Shown here: piece by piece, positions 52,150 through 64,000 of the stretch | How positions within the stretch are numbered: position 1 is the first letter of the stretch | How the letters are laid out: the number at the start of each line of letters is the position of its first letter | Made by a program: the position numbers and the translations under genes | The notes under the pieces: model-generated | Databases searched by the model: none | What the model saw: only the letters and a program-made list of their open reading frames with translations | What the model was told of the DNA's origin: nothing | From: Ptychomitrium polyphyllum | Lineage: Eukaryota | Assembly: GCA_973851085.1 (NCBI GenBank) | Contig: OZ316775.1 | Coordinates: 15,872,001-15,936,000, forward strand | Reading direction: 5' to 3' | DNA: 64,000 nt

Positions 52150-55100
52150 TAATTCATGTCATTGTTATGGAGAATTTATAGCATTTTCACATTAAAAAAA
52201 TGACATGCTGAGCTTGCATTTCAACTACACATTACAAATCATTAGAAGAACAACAACAATGAGTCCCAAATGTACCCAAGTTTATTGATGCATGTTTCAG
52301 GAGTAGACTAATTAAGTTATTTAGAAAAGAAGAGAATTGGCCCTTTGCCTTCTTTTTTGCCAATTTCTTGGCTTTTATTGGGTTTTTTAATGAGTGTTAA
52401 ATGTAAATGGGTCTATGTTTATCACAGTAAGAATTGCATTTACTTATGAGTCTATTGAAATTATCACATATTAAATGAATAAACACTAAAATGCAAAGAT
52501 TGAAGGCAAATACAAGTTGGATTAATGTCCAATAAAGATTTGCTAGTACAAAGGATAAATCCTAACTTTATTTCTTTACCAAAAGTTATTTTCTTTTCAT
52601 TCAAAATCACTACAAAAAAATAAAATTAGTGGTATAAAGGGCTAATTTGAATATTATTTAAAATTAAAGGCATTTAATGCAACCTTCATCTGTTTGTTTT
52701 AAAATCTATTATAAATTATAAAAAATAAAAATGTACAAGTAAAAAGACATATTCATTAAAAATAATCAAAAAATTTGAGAACGAATAAATCCTAAGAATT
52801 CATTAAAATTTGTAAATCATTATTTTCAAAGTGCTATCTTGCTCATTGTATTTTTGATGAATTCAAGAAAAAAATTACACAAGAATTTATGTTGAAAATG
52901 CATTTTATGTGTAAGATAAGAAACTTTTTGGTTGTAATAAATAAATAGTATGAAGTCAAATGCTCATGAGGGGAAGTTATTGCTATTGGAAATAAAGTGT
53001 AGCAGTCAATAGATTCCTTTGTTTTAACCTTATATAAGAAGCATTATACATCTTATAGCTAACAATTTAAAAACTTAGACACTTTTCCATTGAAATGGAG
53101 TAGATTCTTCATAAATATGGCAATCCAATTTTTTTTTTTAATTTTAGGTTTAATAAAAAAATTATATTTGGATTAAATTATGAATTGTGTAATAATTTGA
53201 TTAAGATTTTCAACTTTAAATGGTCTTTGGATACTATTTATACAAACAAGATGTTTAAGTGTATATATTTTAATTCTTACATTTGTTCTCTATAAAATAA
53301 ATCATTAGACTTAATTTAAAGTAATTTCTTAAAAGTCATATGATTGCACCTCCCATTTGTTTACATGGATAAATTTATTAACCATGCTTTGAATATAAAT
53401 GTTTGTTTTTATATTAAGCTATAAGCATTTGTATTAGTAATATATTGTAATTGATTTATAAACTTACATACTTTAAATAATATACACCATGTTAATTTTA
53501 CAAAACCTTAATAATGATGCTTTATCAAAAAAAAATGTTTTTTTAGTTTTGTTTATTTATGTAATAGAATATTATTTTTTTATGTTTTTTTAAAACTTTT
53601 ATTACTGTTTGTTTATTTATTAAAATACTACAAAAAAATGCCTTCATTTTTAATACCATTTTAAATTCAACACTATTTATTTTATTTATGTTGGAGTAAA
53701 AATGAGCAAAATTAGCTATATTATAAAAATAAGCATAGATACAGACATACTAAGCTATATAAGTCACAAAAAAGATAAAGACTTACAATTGTTTTACATG
53801 ACTTAACAAAAAAGGTATCAACTTTTTCTTATTATTTATGATCTAACTTAAAATAGATAAGTATGTTATTTTCATTTACCTTCAAATTTCCAAAACTCAA
53901 TACAAGAAACCAAAAAATAAATTTCTAGTGCAATTACGTGCTTATTTATAAGCTATTATATACATAATTGAAGTTTATTATTACAAACTTGAAAATCCTA
54001 ATCAAACTATTCTTTTTAATTCCAACTTTTTACAATAAAAAAGCTTGTCTTTATTAAAATTATACGTTCATGGTTTTACAAGTGTTTTTATTATAATCAT
54101 ATTAATATAACTAATATTAAATTAAAATCAATAATAAAAAAATATATTTGTGTATATTGAAGAATTAATGTTGTTGATTATTCAAAATTGTGCATATGCA
54201 TTGTTATGTGATATGGCATTAGGTACTAAGATATGTTGAATGGATGTAAACAGTCTAATTTAGGGAATTTTTCATCTATCTAATGTAAATTTCATGTTAG
54301 TCAATTCTTAATGCTAATTAAAATTGAAAAGAAGTATTAAAATGCAAAAAATCCCTTAACTTGGTATATTTTGCTAAGTCAAGTCATGTGAATGCAAGGG
54401 AAAAGAAATCTTGTTAGGATTTGTTTAAAAATGGTTGTGTTTCAATTAGTAAAGCTTTAGGTTTCTTTTTACACTTGCAATTTGGATTCTTCCTTTATAA
54501 ATTGAGAAATAGCTTAATTCATACATTATAGTTTTTTCTTATTTCCTTGAGAATTTTTTTGAGATGTCTTTTATTTGGTTTTATTCATTACAAATTATTA
54601 ATTTGATAATGTTGTAATATCCAATCAATTGTCTATGGCATGTTTATTTACATAACAACACCAATTTTTAACAACTATTGGTATGTGATTTTTTTTTATA
54701 AAAGTGATCATTTCAAGGATGATTATGAACTCCACAGTTTAAAGTGATTATGAACTCCATTATGATCTTACAATGTCATTGATAGGTTTCAATTTCTTAA
54801 TTTCTCTTAAACTAATCATTCTTTGACTACAACTTCAAATTAAGATGGCTGTAGATACTTTTATATAATGTAGTCATATTAAAAAGATCTTTGTATAAAA
54901 TTTATTTAAATGATTTATTGTTGTTTTTTACATTAATTGATTTCAAATGTATGTTAATTACAAGATAATTTAACTGATTGATAAAAGCCCTTAAATGCAC
55001 ATGAATATAATCTTGAAATTAAAAACTAAAATTAAAATTAAAAAATTAGAAATTAACAAAAAAACATATATATAGTATTTATGAAAAAAAAATATATATT

Positions 55101-58100
55101 ATTTATGAAAATTTATTGCTAAATTAAAGTACATATGTTTTTGATATTAAATACCATAGTTTTTATTTGAATCGAACAAAGTATATCAAATAATCAATCC
55201 AACACTTCCAAACTTTCAAACAAGATTTTAAAGAAATTATTAATTTATTAGTGCATTATTTACATACATACATATACATTCACACACACATATATATGTA
55301 TGTGTGTGTATGTATATGTGTGAAACTTTTGGAATTCAAACTAAAAAATTAAATTTCAATTTCTTTTTTAATTTTGAAATTTAACTAAATTCTAATTAAA
55401 CATTAGTTCTTACCAATATATAAATAGTTTTTTTACATAATGTTTATATGAGCATCTTCCAAAACCAATTGTCTCTTGAATATAATATTATGAATTATGA
55501 TTTGCAATTTTTTGTATAGTGCTAATTACATCGATTGAATAATGCGTCACAAACTTTCTCATGCTACACATCATCCAGGCCATGATGTAAATCCTACATA
55601 CCATAATAAGCATTCCTGTCCATGTACCTTTTAAAATATTAGGTTTTCTAATGCTTTAGTATTTTGTGCAGAAATATACAATCATACCACATGTGCCAAG
55701 TCATACCTACTAGCAACTACCATTCCTTTGTACTAATTCATTTATATGACTTTTGGAGCATAATATGTCATTTTCATAAAGCAAAATTTAAATAATTGAA
55801 CACCATTTAAAATGCATTTACAAGGAAAATAAATAAACATGTTGTTTGCGTGTATAAAGCGTTTTTTAGTTTGTAACTATTAGTATATTTTTCAATGAAA
55901 CACAATTGAAGAGACTAGTAAAAAGTTGATCAAGTAGTCTTTTAAATTTCGAATTTTTTAATTGGTAGTTACAAAAAAACCATCACTGAAAACATGTTTT
56001 TCACCAAATTTTTTTTTTGAAATTAAATAAATATTGATGTTGAATAAAGTATGGTAATAATCAAAATTGGGGTATTTTGCTTTTGATTTCAAAATATAGC
56101 GTATAATTTATCATTTGTAAATTTTCAATTTTAAAATTTACTGTTGAAATATTAACAGTAATTCAAATGATAGGTTGTCTTGTTCATCTAATGTAAAGAG
56201 GCCACTAGGCCACTAAGGCAATTTTGCAAATTCTACTTAAATAACAAATTCTACTAACTACATAGCAAAAACTTGACTAATTCCACATTGCAAAACCAAT
56301 TGGTTATACATAAATTTTTCAAACTTGAACCTTTCCTTTAAAATCTTTTTACTTCACAATATTTACATTTAATCATGTGTAGTTCTTTGTTTTTAACACC
56401 TAAAATTCTTATATTGTGTTTCATAAGAAATGGATTGTTTGTTGAATAAAGAACAAAATCTCCCAAAAGAATGAAAAAATTAACCTTCAATTAGAAGATT
56501 TGAAATTATATTAATTGTAGAATGTGTATTATATATAATAAATTAATTGATCATACAAATTGAAAAATTATAGCATTTGTAGCAAAGAATTATTTTCTTT
56601 TGCACTATATTTCACAAAATCAATAGACTCTGACTTCTCTTGCAATGAAATATTTGCACTATGATATGTTGAGTATTTCTCACCATCACAAAAATAATCA
56701 TATTGAGTGCTTATGTATGAAATTTGAGAGATAGAAGAGTAATTTTAACACATTTGGAAATTTTTGCAATGGAAAGAAGTCCATTGTACCATTATCACAC
56801 AAGATAATGGCATTATCACACTTATCCAAGGTTATCCAAGATTATGCCATTTTCATACAAATAATTTTTTTAAAGCTAAAATTCCTATTAAAATTCAATT
56901 TAAATGATCAATATAAAGATTGTTGTATCTTCTCAAAGATGGAAAATTTTATACAATTGAAAAAAAAGAAAAAAATTCTAATTTTTACTTTTAAGGTGTG
57001 GTAGAATTGATAGCTTTTATTTGCACCCTATTTGATAAAGTCAACAACTTCAATTTTTTTTTGAATGACATTTTGCATTGTAAATTGTTTCTTTTAAACA
57101 ACTTCAAAGTTATTTATTCTAATTACTTGTGTGCCAAATTTTTAAAGTATTAGAAGATATATTATAAACTTTTAGATTTCTTAACAATAAAAAAAACTAC
57201 TTAAAGAATCATGATTTTTTTTCTTATTTTCAAATAACATTCATATTATACTTTTGTGAAGCTACTACAATTTTGCTTCTTTAAAGGACTCTCAAAACCT
57301 TACATCGAAATTGACATTGTAGAACTTGCTTATGATATACTTCTTGTGGATAATTGTCTATTTAAAATTAGATTCTTGCTTATACGACTTTAATGTATGT
57401 TGAAAAAATAAAATAAAATAGTATATCGTATATTTGAAGAAATTTGACATAAAATGATAATTTGTTTAAAAGAAATGCTACATATTATCTTAGCAATTCT
57501 TTGTAAAAAAATGATGTATTATTAAATTTAATAACTATTTTGGCCCTAAAGTACCATAATTGCCCTTTAAATTTTAATGCCATAAGTTTAAAATTATGTT
57601 AATTAGTATGAATTATCAAATTTAGGTTCTATGAATGTTTTACATTTTGAGGAATTAAATCAATATTATTTTTGAAGTATTAAATTTTTTATAATATTGA
57701 GAACAATAGAAATGCAAAAAAGAAATTTTTTACAAAAATAAAGTGTAATATAGGTTAGTAATACAAAAGAAACTCAATGCAAATTATACATTATATAAAA
57801 ATACTTAAATAAAAATTTATTTAAGGATTTAAAAAATGAATGAACAACATTTGAAAGGATTTGAAAATTTGATATAATGAAAAATAATAAAAATTAAGTT
57901 TTTGGTTTTTTTAAAAGAAACTTATTTTATAATGTTGTTAATTACTGACCTTTATATTTGATATTTTTGGAACTAGTTTGTGACACCATTTTTTAACTAA
58001 AAGGATGTTTTTTCTTATAATGTACATGCTATAAAATATTTAATGCATATTGATTAAACTAATTTAATGGCTTTCTAAAACTATGATTTAGTAAATTATA

Positions 58101-60600
58101 TTTGAAAATATAAGATGCTATTTTAAACCACTTTTGCATCCTTCCAACAACTTTTTGAGTCAAAAAACATGTATTGAGAAAATTCTAATTTGATTATTTT
58201 TTAATTGAATAAAATACCAATTCTACACTAAGTTACATGATATTAATTCATAGGCATTTGATTAAGTTGAAATTAAATTATATGATTTTACAATGCACCA
58301 ATAGATAATAATCTATAAGATCATTCTCTCATTTCTTATCAAATTCATTATTCATTCATTTCTCTCTTCTTTGTATATTATATTCATTGTTGAAGAAAAA
58401 ATATTGAAGTGTTTTAATGACCATTTGATTTTAATGATGTTTTTATATTGACAAAATTAAGTATTTACAAAAATTAAATTTGTGTACAAAACTTTTGTAT
58501 CAATAAAATTAAGATATTTACTAGTGAAAGAAACAATAATTTGTCTAATTGTAATAACAATTAATACAACCTTCATATATAAATTACATGACTTTTTAGT
58601 ATCCAAATGTAATAATAAAGTTTTTGAAAAATGATGCTAGTAGCAAAAAAAGAACTTTGCTACTTCACTTAGTTGTTACACTTGCTAGAATAATCAAAAG
58701 ACTTAATGTAATTCAATAATTGGTTGAGAAATAAAAGTGAAGCTCTTCTGTTCAAATAATAATAATTATAGAATTATAGCTTCAAATATATTATTAAAAT
58801 TACTATTCAAGATAATCTATATAGATATAGATATGAAGGCTAAAGTCCAATTGTTAAAAAGTAATTCAAATTGCAGTTTATATAATCAACTCATTTTCAC
58901 GAGTAAATTCTAATAAACAAGTGAATTTATGATTAATATGTGTTTTGAAAATAAGTCACTATATTAACAATAAACTTGTAAAAAAAATATTACATTTTAA
59001 ACTCTACATTCAATTTTATAATCTTGTATTTTAAATAATAGGTACAACAATCTAAAAAGTGAAGATTTCAAAATTTACATTTAAATCCAAATTTAGTAAA
59101 TTATATATATATAATTTTAATTTTTTCTTTTAATATTAAAAAAATTCAATCTATAATCTTTAATATTTGAAGGTTCAATAAAGTTAATATAATTAAAAAA
59201 TTTATATAAACCAAATTGCGTAATAAGAAATCCAATATAACTGTCATAAAAAAGTTGATATAGTAATAATTGATTTTATTTGGGCAATAGGCAAGTAATC
59301 ATATATAATAAAATCCAATGATTTCTTCAAACTCCTATTGTGTATTTTTTTTAATATACCAATTATATTTTACATTTATATCCACTTTAATTGATGCTAT
59401 TTAATGTTGCAAAGTATTTTTATAGTAAATAAAGAAAAAAAAAAGCACAATCTTAATAATAGTAAAAAAAGATCAAATTTGATTTTTTGACATTTTTTTT
59501 AAAATTTTTTATTCTTATGATTTGTATTTTTTGAATATAAGATTTATGACCTTCAAAAAAGAAGGTTAGTATTTAATAATATACAAAATATAGAACCTTA
59601 TTTTATTTATTATGATACTTGATTGTAGAGTCTCATTTGATTTGGCAATGACCATCAATATGAAACCATGGTAAATATCAAATCTCAAAGAAATTATACA
59701 TGGTCTACTAAAATTTCTAAACAATCTTGTAATCTCATTTGAATTTTATTATTTTTTGCTTTTGTTAATGGAAAAGTAAGCTTTTTAAACTCTTCTGCCA
59801 ACTTATACAAAGCCAAAACGTATATTTGAAAAAATTATGAGCATTTTATCTATCTTATCTATCTTATCTATTTTGAACATTTATAATTTATAAATAAAAA
59901 AAGTAGTACAAATTCATACTTTGATAATAAATCTTTCTTTTCAAACCATTGATGCTCAAAGCACTAATAAATGTTATGCCACATAAAATTAATGAAAGAA
60001 CATATCATGTTTGTAAGAAGATTTTGCCATAAAATAATTGATTTAATAAAAATGTTCCGCATAGTAGCTTTCTATTGTATTGGATGCCTATAAGAAATGG
60101 AGAATTATTAAAATTTATAGCATTGAATTGTCAAAGTTGCCCTTTGGATATGCATAATGTCAATTTAAAGATATATTTTGTGTTGTGATTTAAGATAATC
60201 AAATCTAATTTTATGGATGTTAAAAGTTTTGATGAATTACTTTTATAGTGTTTTTAAGGATTTAGAAATGTTGATGGTGTAAATATACAAAATCATAAAG
60301 CATGTATTTATGAAAATGTACAAATATAAGCCTATAAATTATGATTAATGACGTGAATAGAACTCAATTCAAAATACATAAATAAAATCTTTATAAATAT
60401 AAATGATTTTTTTATAATACAATTTAAATTTTTTAAAAAATACAAATTTAGTCAATTGTAATTACATTTAAGCTAAAAGTACTAAGGATATAAATTTGCT
60501 AGATTTTCCAATTTTAAACTGCTAATATTATTAGCAAGATATTCAATTATGTATTTGCAGACTTAACCATATGAATGTACCTTAGTGAACATACTATATA
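52150..60600. other. Long, very AT-rich intergenic tract, probably decayed transposon DNA
   Basis: No credible ORF over ~8.5 kb; contains the LTR-like repeat copy and a TA/CA/TG microsatellite at ~55262-55322. Confidence 0.6.
54169..54660 (+). mobile_element. Probable old solo LTR (~490 bp)
   Basis: Termini TGTTGTT...AACAACA (TG..CA inverted ends); homologous to 13126-13565; no intact target-site duplication visible. Confidence 0.5.
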
Positions 60601-63600
60601 AATGCTTTTTTATATTGAATCCCAAAAGTTGGCACATTCACATTTCATAATGAATAAAAAAGAACTCTAATCCCTTTTGAAGGGCCAGCATAAGTGAATT
60701 GTCTATTTATCCACTACCTTGTGTCACAGTTCATAATACATTTCATAATAAATCTACATTATATCTAAATCCCCCAAATGCTTTGGAATAACCTTTTTGC
60801 AACATTGTTATTAGCACAATAGCATTGAGTTAAATCTCAAGTCTTCTTCAAAATAATTCATTCAAATACTGCCCAGTTGATCCAAACTCAGTTGGTCCTT
60901 CATCTGAAGCGTCATTTCCATACACCCAAAAACTTGCCTTTCATCTAGTGCTACATTCTTTTGCTGAAACGCATATGATTGTGCCTCCCACATGAAAGGG
61001 TTAAACTCAGGGTTCAAAACATAAAGTAGTACTGGTTTCTGTGTCAGGGTTCAGGAATGCATTTAATGCCAGAATTCCTGACTCCTTACAAAATTCTGGG
61101 AGCTCTGATTGCTCACGACAGTGCTCTGTGTTATGATCACATCTCACAAAGTCTATGGTTATCTGAGTTTACAATTTCTCTGGAAATTGTGTATCATTTT
61201 GTCTTTTTTTGTATTTTCCTTTTCAAGGTTTCTCTTTCCAGAAGTACTCATTTATTAGCACTGCTAACAACAATGTGTGTATTCTTAGGTTTTCAATATT
61301 TGTTCCTATGGATGTCTAAATCCAAGTCTGTGGTACATTATGAAACATTGTGAAGAACTGTGAGCATGATGCACCATATGCTCACCAAAGACAACATTCC
61401 ATCATTTCAGGGCCTGTAGTTAAACGGACAGATAAACTGTACTTCTAAAAATTATCACATTCTGTATAGAAGCTACAGTACTATCATCACCATGCACATG
61501 CCCATGCACATGCTCAGGCAAAGAATTCTTGCAGCATTGCAGCTGCAACGTGGTTTTATTATCCCAGCTCTAGAGTTACAATGAAAATAAAAGAAATGTG
61601 AAGATTTGTGAATTGATTTTGACAAAAGGTTTTAACCCTAAAATGCTTGAGACTCCAACTTGTAAAATGCAGCTTGTACAAAAAATGTTCCATTTTGCCA
61701 CTGCTTCAAGTGACTTATTCTACTTATTCTACCTGTTTTACTTGAAATAGGAAATAATATCATTTGAACAATACATGTCAAATTTGTACAAGAGGAATAG
61801 CTTTTGCTTTAGTTCCATAGCTGAAATGCATAGGGTACTGTAGATCTACTACAGTATGGACCTTGACTCCTGGGCAGATTAAGCATAAATGAAATAAGTC
61901 TGTCACTTCAGCAACAAATTAATTCACACATATCACTGCAAGTAAGCCCTGCTGCACATCAATTAGGATTCAACCCTGTGATACACTCTTTGGCTCATTC
62001 TATAGATTTTACTTGAAGTTTTAAAGCTGTGTACTCTGACTTGTTTTCAAATACTGCACATGGCAAGAGTACTTTATACTAGCTTATCTTATCATTTGTG
62101 ACATTACCAGTACTAACTTATAATTTCTGACCCTTAGCAACCTCATCAAAACAGGGTAGGTACTCATTATTTGGTGGGCCCAGGGCATAGGCTACTGACA
62201 ATGGCCCTTCAAAATGCAACTTTTTGAACATGTGAGGTAGCTCAGTTTGGTAGTCACCTTGTGACTATGGTTTGTGAATCTTCAGATAAACTCTGAAAGT
62301 AAACACAAGTATAGTTTAAGTTCTAAATCTCTGAATGAATCTTTGAACTAAACTGGGTCACTTGGGCAACATTGTAGTGCCCCATAAAAAACCTGATTTG
62401 ATTTAATGCCGGTTAGACTGATTTAAGTTATGCAGTCATGTAGAGGTAGGAAACACACTCATTGCCAAGTTTCTTCCAGTCAATCAAACATTAAATTTTC
62501 CAACCCATTGGGCCAATCCAGACAGACATGAGTCAGGCAGTGTCACACTGTGAGTCAATGCTGATTCAAGCTTGACGACAGTACTAGCCTGCATAAAAGA
62601 TTTCGTAGATAGGAACTGAGTTCGAATCATACTTCAGCAGCAGCACTACTGTTACTCACACAAGTTAATTCTCTAGTCTACCACCATCTGAACAGAGCTT
62701 GAACCGGCAAAGGGTACCCCTTTCAAGAGTGCCGTTCCAACTTCCAAGGCATGCAGCTTCACACGAAGGCTTAGTAACCTGTAAGCTCTTCACCTATAGT
62801 TTCACGTGCTCACCAGTTTGAAACAAATTTATCATCTCAGTGTAGTAGGGTACGTTCCGTTGTTGATGATGGTGTGCTGGGGAACCAGCAGCTTTTCACT
62901 CAAGAGCTCATCATGACAAGCCTGGTTTTATTTGCATGATGTTTTCTGTTTCCTCGCTTGCATGAGGCTGTTCAGGGCCATGACCAGATTCTCCATGGAA
63001 AATCTGTCTGTAGCGCTTCGGCGCTAGTGCTGCTGACGTGAGTTGCAAGACAGCTGATTTTGAATCTGGAAGCCTTTGTTAAGTGGTAGGGGGTTGGTTG
63101 GAGAAAGTTGGACCACTCACGAGCTTCGTGCTTGTTCCTGGCCTGTGTATTGTTATCCCTAGATCTTTACAGGCCGGGGAAGAGTGCACAGTGATTCTAG
63201 TGCGAAAGAGTAACTAGTATGGTACCTCGTTTGAAATATTGGATATCGTGCACTAAGCTTCATCTTTACTGTAGAAATGTGGGGCCAATGTTGGCAGCCG
63301 GACCAACGTTGGGTAGAATATCTTGTCATTTAAACTGTTTTTTTGGTTCAAAAACTTTCGGTCATTTGATGATCTGCAGGTTGAAAACTTCTGCTCTTAC
63401 TCATTTTAGATCTCCGTTTCCAAAGCGTAATTTACACGCTGCTATCATTGACCTTCTACATGCCTTGACGACCAGTTAGCTGTTGAGCGTTGAGCGTTGA
63501 GCGTGGAGCTTCTTCAGAGATGGAAGTATAACACAGCTGCGACGTGTTTTTTTATTTCAGACAAGCAACTTCAACGTCCGAGAGTCTCCAGACGATCTCA

Positions 63601-63888
63601 CTTAGCCGGACGAGTTCTATTATTGTCGCGGCAACGAGCCACTACCATGCAATCTAAGACTCTTGAGCAGGGCTGGATCTTATGGCTATCATGAATCAAC
63701 GTGTATTTCGATTCAGCAGACATGTCTGTAATGAGCTGCTGCTGGTGAAGTAGAAATCGCAATCGGCACCTCACATTTGGGATCAATACTGAAGATGGTC
63801 GGGAAGCGATCCTGTGTTTTACCGGTTCCCTGCATTACCGAGATATGACAAGTATGCCCTGAAGACGCAGATTTCTAAGGAAGTGCCA

Positions 63889-63982
63889 ATGTGCACAATG
63901 CCGGGAAGGCTGCTGAGAATACTTTTCATCGCAACAACGATTTGCATCCATCATCGCCATGTGTCCGCCACACCCTCCGAGG
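63889..63982 (+). CDS. First coding exon (signal peptide) of a probable LRR receptor-like kinase or LRR protein; the gene continues past the right edge
   Basis: MCTMPGRLLRILFIATTICIHHRHVSATPSE-G followed by a perfect phase-1 donor G|GTAAGT; resembles the first exon of SERK-type genes ending in ..xEG|DAL. Only 31 codons are visible. Confidence 0.45.
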
Positions 63983-64000
63983 GTAAGTAATTCCACTATT

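Overview
Eukaryotic land-plant genomic DNA, most likely a moss (inferred from GT-AG multi-exon genes separated by very AT-rich decayed repeats). Protein genes: the 5' part of an NCL Na+/Ca2+ exchanger-like gene (-), a complete 11-exon DEP1 methionine-salvage gene (-), a STIG1-domain secreted protein (-), a PAP14/28/29-type metallophosphoesterase (+), ARFC1/ARL5 (+), an intron-containing SHORT-ROOT-type GRAS factor (-), and the first coding exon of a probable LRR receptor kinase at the right edge (+). The main result is a pair of diverged, apparently non-coding minus-strand loci (~22.0-25.9 kb and ~30.6-33.5 kb). Each has the same two-part layout: a ~300-nt conserved domain with a covarying hairpin resembling the CR20/GUT15 lncRNA core, and about 2 kb downstream a 74-75-nt tRNA-like cloverleaf with mascRNA/menRNA-type geometry that is conserved in structure but not in sequence. 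All folds and alignments were done by eye.
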